Shown here piece by piece: positions 40,691-48,748 of a DNA stretch of 64,000 nucleotides. A program made the translations under genes and the position numbers. The stretch lies in assembly GCA_020523885.1 (NCBI GenBank), contig JAJAPY010000008.1, positions 20,872 through 84,871 on the forward strand, written 5' to 3'. Numbering within the stretch: position 1 is the first letter of the stretch; the number at the start of each line of letters is the position of its first letter. A model generated the notes under the pieces. The model made no database searches. It was not told where the DNA came from and saw only the letters and a list, made by a program, of their open reading frames with translations. Source of the stretch: Candidatus Liberimonas magnetica. Lineage in GTDB: Bacteria > Elusimicrobiota > Endomicrobiia > Endomicrobiales > JAFGIL01.

Positions 40691-40758
40691 ATACCCGCGA
40701 AAGCGGGTATCCAGCAGTTAAAACTTGTGCCGCTATGGATTCCTGCTTTCGCAGGAAT
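40691..40758. repeat. Two REP-like GC hairpins (ATACCCGC-GAAA-GCGGGTAT and ATTCCTGC-TTTC-GCAGGAAT)
   Basis: Read directly at 40691-40710 and 40739-40758. Related (A/G)TCCCGC-N4-GCGGGA(T/C) hairpins at 2843-2860, 7857-7873, ~28640, ~29480 and ~38475. Confidence 0.8.
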
Positions 40759-40820
40759 GACAACCAAGGCTATTTCAAATCTAAAAAAGCTAATCCGACA
40801 AAACTGCAAGCCCATCTTTA

Positions 40821-41396
40821 TTGGGTTATATCGACAAGAGGATATCCTTTAAACGGTTAAAAGATACCCTCCGCTGGACACACGAAGCCGGGATTTGGAC
40901 AGGGCTTGAAACTATATGCGGTTTTCCTTATGAGACCCAGCAGGATGTTGAGTTAACTGCGGAATTTTTAAATGAGAACAGAAAACATCTAGATACGGTC
41001 TACTATAACGTATTTTACCTGGAAAACAACTCTAAAATTTACCTTTATCCTGAAAAATACGGAATTACCAATATATGCGATTTTGACCCGCAAAGCCACC
41101 CTGAAAAAGAATTATTGAACCTGCTGCGGTATAGTTTTGATGAAATATCCGGATTGAAATGGAAAGAAAAACTCGATCAGTCAATTAAAAGCTACTATTA
41201 TTTATACAATAACACAAACGGCGATGAATATTTATTTCCATACTATGAAATTGAGCACTTTTTATTTTACCTGTATAAACGTTTTAAAAATAAGGCAAGC
41301 ATAACCGAAGCATTTAAAAAAATCAATAAAGATTTTGTTAAATCGATAAAAGATAGCTCCTTCGGCCGGCGCGAACATAAAGTAATGCTGCCCTGA
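40821..41396 (+). pseudogene. C-terminal fragment of a radical SAM (B12-binding class-like) enzyme
   Basis: The ORF starts mid-domain (GLETICGFPYETQQDVELTAEFL). No CxxxCxxC N-terminal half is present, and REP hairpins lie immediately upstream. Confidence 0.55.
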
Positions 41397-41648
41397 CAAG
41401 AAACCGGTGCCAACGAGCATTGCCCAGCTGCACAGGAACCCATTTCCATCCATGCGGGACCATACAGGACAAGCTGTATTAAAGAAATCCTGAAAATATC
41501 GGTGTCAGACTTGAGTCATTAACGATAACTATAGCATCATATTAATATTTATTTCTTTCCATCCGCATTTCATTTCACCTGCCTGGGACAGGGTGCGGAG
41601 AACTTAAGGGGTCTTGATTTATAACGCATAATGTATTATATTTTAAGT

Positions 41649-42641
41649 ATGAAACAAAAAATCGCTGGGATTTTATTAATTATCGTATCGTTGACCCTTT
41701 ACGGCTGTGCCGGAGGCAGGATAAAGCTCTCTTCCGATACTGCGCACGTCAATAATGTTTACTCCTCTATCAGAAAGATGCTTGAACATGGGGACACGGT
41801 CTGCGTGAGGGTGAGCTACAAAAGTTCTTTTAAAGGCCTCCCAGAAGATGAAACTCCAGAGGACTACGGGTGCGAGACGGACCCGAAGACAATAGTAGAG
41901 ACTGAAAAATATCTTCTCTTGGAGGCCTTTTCAAAGTTCCCGAACTTCAGCGTAGTAGACCGTACCACTCTTGACGAAACATATAACGAGATGAAGCTCT
42001 CCATGGACGGCGCAACCTCATCGAATCTTGAGCCTGGGCAGATTAAGAGTGCCACACACTTGCTGCTCATAGATTCAAAAGACTATTTTATCACTTCTAA
42101 TGACGAGACAACTGATAATTTCTTCGAAGTAAAAAAACTAATGGACCTCAAGAAAAATGTTCTTATCGCGATGAACAAGTTTGCCGAGTCGCGTGTAGTT
42201 CATCTGATATTCGAGGAAGACGACTCCCGGGATTCCGATGAAGAGGAGCCCCGTTATTCAGTGTTGATATCGGGCCCGTCTATGCCCGGCAAAACCGAAC
42301 AGGAAAGCGACAATAACGCCCCATATACACCTCCGCAATCACAGCTTAAAGAAAACGAAATGATTTCTATTACAGGAATAAGGCCTAGTGATTCCGACCC
42401 GGCTGCATCTAACAATACTGACACGAGTTCTGATGCAATGAAGGTGCCCAATTGGCCGATCGCAAGGGTAATAAGGCAGAGTTATCCTGAATTCAGCGGA
42501 CAGAGCGACAGCTATGTAGTGAAGCATTTTATAACAAGCCATCCCGGATACACCCGGAGAATAACTCCCGAATCACATCCGGAAAGCCAATTCCACGGAA
42601 ACCTCCCTAAATACGGGCCCTCACAGTTTTTTAAACAGTAA
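41649..42641 (+). CDS. Lipoprotein with CsgG/LpoB-like N-domain and low-complexity acidic/Ser-Pro tail
   Basis: Lipobox LTLYGC. FSVVDRTTLDETYNEMKLSMDG resembles the domain in ORF 92-2713. Confidence 0.6.
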   Translation: MKQKIAGILLIIVSLTLYGCAGGRIKLSSDTAHVNNVYSSIRKMLEHGDTVCVRVSYKSSFKGLPEDETPEDYGCETDPKTIVETEKYLLLEAFSKFPNFSVVDRTTLDETYNEMKLSMDGATSSNLEPGQIKSATHLLLIDSKDYFITSNDETTDNFFEVKKLMDLKKNVLIAMNKFAESRVVHLIFEEDDSRDSDEEEPRYSVLISGPSMPGKTEQESDNNAPYTPPQSQLKENEMISITGIRPSDSDPAASNNTDTSSDAMKVPNWPIARVIRQSYPEFSGQSDSYVVKHFITSHPGYTRRITPESHPESQFHGNLPKYGPSQFFKQ

Positions 42642-42766
42642 GGGGGCCTAAACATTTCACCCTTGACCCTGCTTTACTTTGCTTAGTGGTCACTTATTTT
42701 TTTCATTTTTCCAAATTGATAAAGACTTACCAATATAATATAATCATTGAAGATCTAAAGAAAAGG

Positions 42767-42824
42767 GGCGTAGCTTATACCTTAAAAAGGTCGTAACTTA
42801 TACTATAAAAGTCGCAGCTTTTAC
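42767..42824. repeat. Three phased 14-bp direct repeats G(G/T)CG(T/C)A(G/A)CTT(A/T)TAC
   Basis: GGCGTAGCTTATAC 42767-42780, GTCGTAACTTATAC 42790-42803, GTCGCAGCTTTTAC 42811-42824. Spacing is 23 and 21 bp. Confidence 0.75.
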
Positions 42825-42978
42825 TTTAATCGACATTTTGTAAGGCACAAAGAATGATGGCACTGGGTTACAAGCTCTTTCGACGACATAAGTTGACACT
42901 CCTTTTTTGTTAAGAAAAAATATTCCAATCAAAGTTGGCATTCCCTAACAAATTCTAAAGAATAGTGACATTGCCTTT

Positions 42979-43557
42979 TTATGGGTTTTTCGCGTGTTTA
43001 AGGAAGCGCAGCTTATCCCATTTAATATGTTTAAAATACTTTTTCTTGTCGAATTTGTCGCCATAATATGATAAATCCCGGTCGCCGCCCTGGTTCACAG
43101 TAAAATCAGTCTCGCCGCAAATATAATCTAATATATCATTTAGTTTCCATGCAATGAAAGGCGTATTAGTATCTATAAGGCTTTCCAGCATTTTGAGAAA
43201 ATAAGGGATATAGTCATCTTGAGAAACGTTAAGTATATATTTTTGTTCCTTATTGTATGGCGGAAATAAAGTGATTCCTATAGATTGAAAATGGAATAAT
43301 ATTTCAAATGGATGCGATCCTGACCATTTTTCACTGTGATACCATTGCTCAAATTCCTTACGGCTATCAAAATCCTTGATATCAAGCATATATCCATCAC
43401 GTCTATCAGCATGAGCTTTATACATTTGGAGAGGCGTATTTCCTCTTTCTTTTGGGAAAATTGCTCTATAACAGGTTGCACAACTGTTTAGATATTCATT
43501 TAAGGAACATCCTTCTATAGGAAGAACATTTTTCTGGTAGTTGCTATATTCTGACAA
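42979..43557 (-). CDS. Hypothetical protein, last gene of the metallophosphoesterase operon
   Basis: 192-aa ORF, 6 nt downstream of the preceding gene. No family recognised. Confidence 0.6.
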   Translation of the reverse strand: MSEYSNYQKNVLPIEGCSLNEYLNSCATCYRAIFPKERGNTPLQMYKAHADRRDGYMLDIKDFDSRKEFEQWYHSEKWSGSHPFEILFHFQSIGITLFPPYNKEQKYILNVSQDDYIPYFLKMLESLIDTNTPFIAWKLNDILDYICGETDFTVNQGGDRDLSYYGDKFDKKKYFKHIKWDKLRFLKHAKNP

Positions 43558-43563
43558 TATTCT

Positions 43564-44049
43564 TTACTTTTCTTTTCTTGGAAGAATTCCCTCTAATGCA
43601 TACTTACCGAGTATCTTACCTGTACGAAATATATATGGAACGTGTTTTTCAATATAATCGGGGTTAAAGTTATTAGAATGAGTGAACTCTAAAGCGCTTT
43701 TCAAAAAGGTGTATATGTCATTATAAAATGAAGTTCCCTTTTCGATATCCAGCCTGCCATGTTGTCCAAGGAAACAAAAATATCGGTTATTATATTCGGA
43801 CATACTAAAAGGAAAAAGAACAATACCTTTTCCTTTTTTTAAAGGCGTGTAAAGATATTCCCAGAAGATATCGGGTTTTGTCTCTGAAGGAACGGCAGAT
43901 TCAGATAATTTCTTTGCAATATTATAAATATCATCATCAGGAACTGTTTTCCAGCTTGAAAACGTATTGCGAAATTGGTCGATAGTAAGTAGTTTATTCA
44001 TTTTCATATAATAAGAAAAAACATGAGCTGATTGGGCATTATAATGCAA
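43564..44049 (-). CDS. Hypothetical protein, third gene of the metallophosphoesterase operon
   Basis: 161-aa ORF. Start uncertain: TTG 44049, or ATG 44007/44001. No family recognised. Confidence 0.55.
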   Translation of the reverse strand: MHYNAQSAHVFSYYMKMNKLLTIDQFRNTFSSWKTVPDDDIYNIAKKLSESAVPSETKPDIFWEYLYTPLKKGKGIVLFPFSMSEYNNRYFCFLGQHGRLDIEKGTSFYNDIYTFLKSALEFTHSNNFNPDYIEKHVPYIFRTGKILGKYALEGILPRKEK

Positions 44050-44086
44050 TTATTCATATAGTATGAAAGTATTTTGCATTGTATTT

Positions 44087-44914
44087 TTATATAGTTTTTC
44101 TTTCTATGTTCATTTTTTCTAAATTTACCGTTATATACACAAAATCTCCCATATGATCGCCCTGCCCAGGCTGAACGCAGACAGTTTCCCCAAGTTTTGT
44201 TTTCCATGTTTCTGACATAACAGGAGATTCATGAATATGTCCGTGTAAAGTTAGCATGGGCTGGTTTTGTTTTATAAAGCGATAAATGGCTTTAGAACCC
44301 ACCTTTTCACCATTTGAACAGACATCGAGCCCGAGATCGGCCGGAGGCATGTGCATTACATATACTGCTTTTAAGTAATCTGCCGGTTTTTCAAGGCGCT
44401 CAAGTTCTTCTTCTATGGTAGGAAGCTTTTCAACATATATTTTCCAGTCAGGTATATCTTCAAAGCCATTTTCTCTTGAGAAAACACCTTCACCTTTCTG
44501 AAACCCGATTTTATAATCCTTGTCATCTTTCCGGCAGCGATCCTTAAGTAAGAACGGAAAGTCGACACAAAAGTTCATTCCGATAAAATCATAGTCTCCA
44601 ATCTTAATCTTCTTTTGAGCAAGGTATTTTACAAAAAGGTATTTGTTGCATGTCTCTTCAAAAACATTGTCAAAAGCCATTAAATCATCATTGCCCGGGT
44701 AACAAAGATAGTATATCTTCATTTCGTTAAATACTTTAAAGTGCTCAGATAGATTAAAAAGTATATATTCCTTTTGCCTATGAAGGTTATTGTCATTGGT
44801 CAGCATATCCCCGCCGTTTATGACAATATCGGGTTTGTATTCTGAGGCTGCTTTAACAAGCTGTTTGTACTTCCATGCATTGCCATGCAGGTCTGTCGTA
44901 TAGATTATTTTCAT
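44087..44914 (-). CDS. Calcineurin-like metallophosphoesterase
   Basis: Motifs DLHG, GGD, GNDD, MHMPP and GHIHE in canonical order. Confidence 0.85.
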   Translation of the reverse strand: MKIIYTTDLHGNAWKYKQLVKAASEYKPDIVINGGDMLTNDNNLHRQKEYILFNLSEHFKVFNEMKIYYLCYPGNDDLMAFDNVFEETCNKYLFVKYLAQKKIKIGDYDFIGMNFCVDFPFLLKDRCRKDDKDYKIGFQKGEGVFSRENGFEDIPDWKIYVEKLPTIEEELERLEKPADYLKAVYVMHMPPADLGLDVCSNGEKVGSKAIYRFIKQNQPMLTLHGHIHESPVMSETWKTKLGETVCVQPGQGDHMGDFVYITVNLEKMNIERKTI

Positions 44915-45189
44915 GATTTTTCATCCCCTGCCGGATTAAAAAGGATATTTCGCATATCTTCTGGCAGCCCTTCTAAAAGGTTATTTACCTTGATTACTTC
45001 AGGTTCGATAGAAGAAGCAATTTCGCGGATATTTGTAAGCACTGTATTAATATCCTCAAAGAGATTTTCATAAGTATTTAAGGTTTCTTTGGGTACTTTA
45101 TTTCGGGTAAGCTCTAATTTAACCATTAGGCGGGTATAATACCGCTGCAATTTCTTTATTTTTTCTGAGGCATTGAGTATCTCTCGCAT
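44911..45189 (-). CDS. Small helical hypothetical protein, first gene of the operon
   Basis: 92-aa ORF. Its stop overlaps the phosphoesterase start (ATGA), suggesting translational coupling. Confidence 0.55.
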   Translation of the reverse strand: MREILNASEKIKKLQRYYTRLMVKLELTRNKVPKETLNTYENLFEDINTVLTNIREIASSIEPEVIKVNNLLEGLPEDMRNILFNPAGDEKS

Positions 45190-45309
45190 CTCTTTAAATA
45201 CTTTTGATTCTTCCTTGACTATTTCTATTGATATTTTTGATGCAATACGGTTTTTTCTTAAATCAAAAGATAAAGAAATGATGCCTAATTGGTTGAAACC
45301 ATAAATCTT

Positions 45310-45546
45310 TTAGTTGTTTTTTCCGGTTATTTCCCGTTTGCTGAAGATATCTGCGACTTCTTTTTTATTTAAAACAATTTTATCGTTTTTTAGGTACTTC
45401 GCTTTATGTTTGGAAGCAGTAAAAAGCAGATATTTTTTATCAACTCCAAAGAATTCGGCCACATCAATATCAATGGCGTAATAATCGCCCCTTACTTTGT
45501 AAAGTTTTAATTTCTTGCCTTGAAATGAAAAATATTTAGTTTCCAT
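45310..45546 (-). CDS. Bro-N/ORF6N-like (KilA-N superfamily) small DNA-binding protein
   Basis: KVRGDYYAIDIDVAEFFGVDKKYL pattern resembles ORF6N/Bro-N antirepressor N-domains. Divergent from lexA. Confidence 0.4.
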   Translation of the reverse strand: METKYFSFQGKKLKLYKVRGDYYAIDIDVAEFFGVDKKYLLFTASKHKAKYLKNDKIVLNKKEVADIFSKREITGKNN

Positions 45547-45576
45547 AATGCCTTATGTGCTCGATTTCCCGAGTAA

Positions 45577-45596
45577 ATACTCATTTTAATGAGTAT
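45577..45596. promoter_or_regulatory. Perfect palindrome ATACTCAT-TTTA-ATGAGTAT (candidate operator)
   Basis: Read directly, about 30 nt upstream of the 45546 start. Confidence 0.5.
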
Positions 45597-45606
45597 GATT
45601 CTTTGC

Positions 45607-45640
45607 CATATAACACCAAGTTGTTATATGCTGTTATATA
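45607..45640. promoter_or_regulatory. CATATAACA-N6-TGTTATATG inverted repeat plus an extra TGTTATATA direct copy (candidate operators)
   Basis: Read directly: 45607-45615, 45622-45630, 45632-45640. Confidence 0.5.
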
Positions 45641-45665
45641 CACCTAAGTGTTATGTCCGCATTGC

Positions 45666-45695
45666 TTGACAAACTGTATATACATACAGTATAAT
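45666..45695 (+). promoter_or_regulatory. lexA promoter TTGACA-18-TATAAT with embedded SOS box CTGTATATACATACAG
   Basis: -35 at 45666-45671, -10 at 45690-45695, CTGT-N8-ACAG at 45674-45689. The ATG lies only 9 nt after the -10. Confidence 0.75.
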
Positions 45696-45704
45696 ATATT
45701 TGCA

Positions 45705-46337
45705 ATGGAAAAGCAAGAACTTACGAATCGTCAGCAAGAAATATTGGGTTTTATAAAAGAATCCATAAATTCTAAAGGATTTCCACCTTCCGTTAAGGAA
45801 GTCCAGGTTTACTTTGGTTTTAAGTCTCCGACTGCTGCTCAGGATCATTTAAATATGTTGGCAAGGAAAGGCTATATTTTAAGGCATCCATATATTTCCA
45901 GGGGTATTGAGATCGTTGCTGAGAAAGAACGAAAACAGGAGAACATTGATTCGTCCTCTATCCCGGTTGTCGGTCATATCTCTGCTGGAACCCCTATACT
46001 TGCTCAGGAAAACATTGAATATAACATATCAGTGGACAAATCTTTATTTGGGAATGCTGAATCTCTATTTGCGCTGAAAGTAAAAGGCGACAGTATGATA
46101 AATGCCGGTATATTTAACGGCGACTTCGCAATAATACATAAGCAAGCGGCTTTAGAAAGAGGCGAGATTGGCGCTGTACTAATTGATGATGAAGCAACCC
46201 TGAAAAGAGTTTTTATTTATAAGGATACAATGCGATTAGTGCCCGAAAACAATTTAATGAAACCTTTATTAATAAAAAATGGAGAAAAGAATATATCAAT
46301 AGTAGGCAAGCTTAAAGGAGTTATTAGAAAAATTTAG
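45705..46337 (+). CDS. lexA: LexA repressor
   Basis: Winged-HTH N-domain (RQQEILGFI...SVKEVQ...AAQDHLNMLARKGYI), an AG cleavage site region, and the S24 Ser/Lys dyad (VKGDSM ... ATLKR). Confidence 0.9.
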   Translation: MEKQELTNRQQEILGFIKESINSKGFPPSVKEVQVYFGFKSPTAAQDHLNMLARKGYILRHPYISRGIEIVAEKERKQENIDSSSIPVVGHISAGTPILAQENIEYNISVDKSLFGNAESLFALKVKGDSMINAGIFNGDFAIIHKQAALERGEIGAVLIDDEATLKRVFIYKDTMRLVPENNLMKPLLIKNGEKNISIVGKLKGVIRKI

Positions 46338-46349
46338 GAGGTTGGAATT

Positions 46350-46556
46350 ATGTTTACTAAAGAAGAGCTGCAAGAAAGCGTAGATACATCGATAAAGATG
46401 ATTAATGCTATGCTTGATACAGTAAAAAAGAAAAAAACATTAGAAAAACTTGCAAGTGCATCAAAAGCCTATTATGATGAGCTAATTAAAGTAGGTTTTT
46501 CTGAAGAAGCAGCAATTAAAATTGTTTCTAAATTCAACATAATCGGAAAACAGTAG
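46350..46556 (+). CDS. Small helical hypothetical protein
   Basis: 68-aa ORF, 12 nt after the lexA stop, behind a GGAGG RBS. Confidence 0.55.
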   Translation: MFTKEELQESVDTSIKMINAMLDTVKKKKTLEKLASASKAYYDELIKVGFSEEAAIKIVSKFNIIGKQ

Positions 46557-46681
46557 ATGTTAGTTTTATTAGAATGAAGCAATTGTATTTCTATGAATAT
46601 GAAGGCAGAGGTTTTGTATGCCTAATAAATCAAAAGCTTAAAGAAAATAGTTGGTTTATTCAAGGGGGTAATAAGGAAAAC

Positions 46682-47689
46682 ATGAAAAAGTTAATTAAAT
46701 CTGATTACATTACTTTTTTGAAAGGAATAATTACCGAGGTTAGAAAATCTCAGTATAAAGCTTATCAATCAGTTAATCGTTACACCGTTGAATTATATTG
46801 GTCTATAGGAAAACAATTGCATGATAAAATTGAAATTGCGAAATGGGGCGATGGGGTAATTGATATCCTATCAACGGATTTAAAGAAAACATTCCCAAAT
46901 ATGAGTGGGTTTAATAGAAGAAACTTATACCGCATGATACAGTTTTATAAAACTTACAGTGATAATGCGTTTGTGTCAGAGGCTCTGACACAAATCAATT
47001 GGACCAATAATTTGTTGATAATATCAAAGTCCGATACCTCTCAGGAGCGGGATTTTTATATAAATATGTGTATAAAGGAAAGATGGTCGTCACCTGAGTT
47101 AGAAAGGCAAATGAACAATCATCTCTTTGAAAAATGGTCATGTTCCGGAAAGAATAATAGGATTATTCCTCATTCCGGAGAAACAGAACCGTCCTCTCAT
47201 TTTAGAGATGAATATAACCTTGCTTTCCTGGGGCTAAAAGAACCTTTTGATGAAAAAGATTTAAGGAAGGCAATAGTACACAATTTGCGCGATTTTTTTC
47301 TTGAGTTTGGCAAACATTTGGCATTTGTCGGGGAAGAATATCCTGTAACAATAGGTAATAGAGATTTTAAAGTTGACCTGTTATTCTACCACAGAGTTAT
47401 GCAACGATTAATCGCAGTGGAATTAAAAATTAGCAAATTTGTGCCTGAATATATCGGTAAAATGCAGTTCTATCTGAACGCTCTGGACAAAAACATAAAA
47501 TTAGAGCACGAGAATCCATCAGTTGGCCTGATATTATGTAAAACCAAAAATGATGAAGTTGTCAAGGTTGCAGTTGGCAGTTTAAATAAATCCATGAAGG
47601 TAGCTACATACGAAATAATTGATCAAAAACTTCTAGAACATAAAATGCATTCTCTGCCATGTTTGGAAAACAAAACAGAAATAAAATAA
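46682..47689 (+). CDS. DUF1016/YhcG-type PDDEXK nuclease
   Basis: FKVDLLFYHRVMQRLIAVELKISKF (D...E.K) core. ATG at 46682 behind an AAGGA RBS. The track ORF from 46574 is probably an upstream extension. Confidence 0.7.
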   Translation: MKKLIKSDYITFLKGIITEVRKSQYKAYQSVNRYTVELYWSIGKQLHDKIEIAKWGDGVIDILSTDLKKTFPNMSGFNRRNLYRMIQFYKTYSDNAFVSEALTQINWTNNLLIISKSDTSQERDFYINMCIKERWSSPELERQMNNHLFEKWSCSGKNNRIIPHSGETEPSSHFRDEYNLAFLGLKEPFDEKDLRKAIVHNLRDFFLEFGKHLAFVGEEYPVTIGNRDFKVDLLFYHRVMQRLIAVELKISKFVPEYIGKMQFYLNALDKNIKLEHENPSVGLILCKTKNDEVVKVAVGSLNKSMKVATYEIIDQKLLEHKMHSLPCLENKTEIK

Positions 47690-47748
47690 CAGGGGAAATA
47701 TAAAGTTCAGATTTAAAAAAATGACATAGTCAAAACGAGGTGTGAATT

Positions 47749-48159
47749 ATGGAATATACTAAAAAGCACAAGATACTAATAGCAAAATATTTAAAAAATG
47801 CTGGAATGATTAAAGAGGCGAGAAAAATATTAACTACTGATAAGTATAATTTCAAAATTAGTAACGCCATTAGAGATGCTGCTGAAAAAACTAGAATAGG
47901 CATAGGAAGAAGCCCTGCTTTACTGGATGCGGTAAGACGGTATGAAAACAGGAGCTGCGCTATTTTTGAAGAATGCCCTTTACCTCGATGTGAGGGAGGT
48001 GTATGGTGCAGCATTTACAATCTCGGTGGAAGTCACGGCCAAACAGGTGAGAATTACAGATATTTAGCAAAAAGTGCAGTATTAGTGCCTTTGAGAAAAA
48101 GGCGCGAAATAATGTTTCAAATGCTGGAACATAAAACTGGACATAAATTTAAGAAATGA
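47749..48159 (+). CDS. Hypothetical protein
   Basis: 136-aa ORF behind a GAGG RBS. No family recognised. Confidence 0.5.
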   Translation: MEYTKKHKILIAKYLKNAGMIKEARKILTTDKYNFKISNAIRDAAEKTRIGIGRSPALLDAVRRYENRSCAIFEECPLPRCEGGVWCSIYNLGGSHGQTGENYRYLAKSAVLVPLRKRREIMFQMLEHKTGHKFKK

Positions 48160-48398
48160 TTAAAAATAATAAATTTAATAAGTTGGCAACAAGAATTCGG
48201 GAGATTATTGCTCAAGCAATAAAGATATATTCCCACGAAGTCGAAGTTATTATAGTTTCCCGATCTACGGATGAAAACCGTATTCAGAACATTCTTGACG
48301 GGATGCTTGATTTCTGTTATGACGAAAATATGCTTGAACTGTACAAAAAACTTTGTAGATACTACTATAAAATAAATCCATCTGTAACAGTTATATAA
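48156..48398 (+). CDS. Hypothetical protein
   Basis: 80-aa ORF. Its start overlaps the previous stop (ATGA). Confidence 0.5.
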   Translation: MIKNNKFNKLATRIREIIAQAIKIYSHEVEVIIVSRSTDENRIQNILDGMLDFCYDENMLELYKKLCRYYYKINPSVTVI

Positions 48399-48623
48399 GC
48401 TGTCATGGGGATGTCCGTGGGGTGATGTTCCAGCTGTAAAAAAGAATTTAATAAAGCCAGGTGGTTTGCATCAAAGAATATCCCTTTTGAAAAAGCAGGG
48501 TAGATTAAAACCAATAACAGCCGCTTTGCTTGAAATAATATCGCAATGTTACTATGATTAATATTTAACTTCGGTGCCTGAAGACTTAATTGAACCTTGT
48601 CAGAGTTGGTTGTTGGAGTTGGT

Positions 48624-48659
48624 TTGATTGTTCACTGCTTTAAATGTATAATTGTACAG
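48624..48659 (+). promoter_or_regulatory. Candidate dnaE promoter TTGATT-17-TATAAT overlapped by SOS-like box ATGTATAATTGTACAG
   Basis: -35 at 48624-48629, -10 at 48647-48652. The 16-mer at 48644-48659 has one mismatch to CTGT-N8-ACAG. Confidence 0.45.
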
Positions 48660-48748
48660 TCAGAAAAATCTAATAAAGGATCGGGAAAAGATGTTTTTGA
48701 CATCTTTTGCTGCAAAAATTGACATCTTTTACTGAAAATGACACATTT

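Noticed and set aside
40649-40852. 67-aa ORF.
   Set aside because: It is the translation of REP hairpins (IPAKAGIQ / IPAFAGMT), a known annotation artefact, and it has no RBS.
45648-45704. 19-codon upstream extension of lexA from GTG 45648.
   Set aside because: The extension would start upstream of the consensus promoter and SOS box, and it encodes a Cys-rich non-LexA peptide. ATG 45705 matches LexA N-termini.
48400-48545. Short frame encoding ...KKNLIKPGGLHQRISLLKKQGRLKPITAALLEIISQCYYD.
   Set aside because: It has no canonical start, is under 60 aa, and shows no recognisable family. It may be a gene remnant, but this is not supportable.
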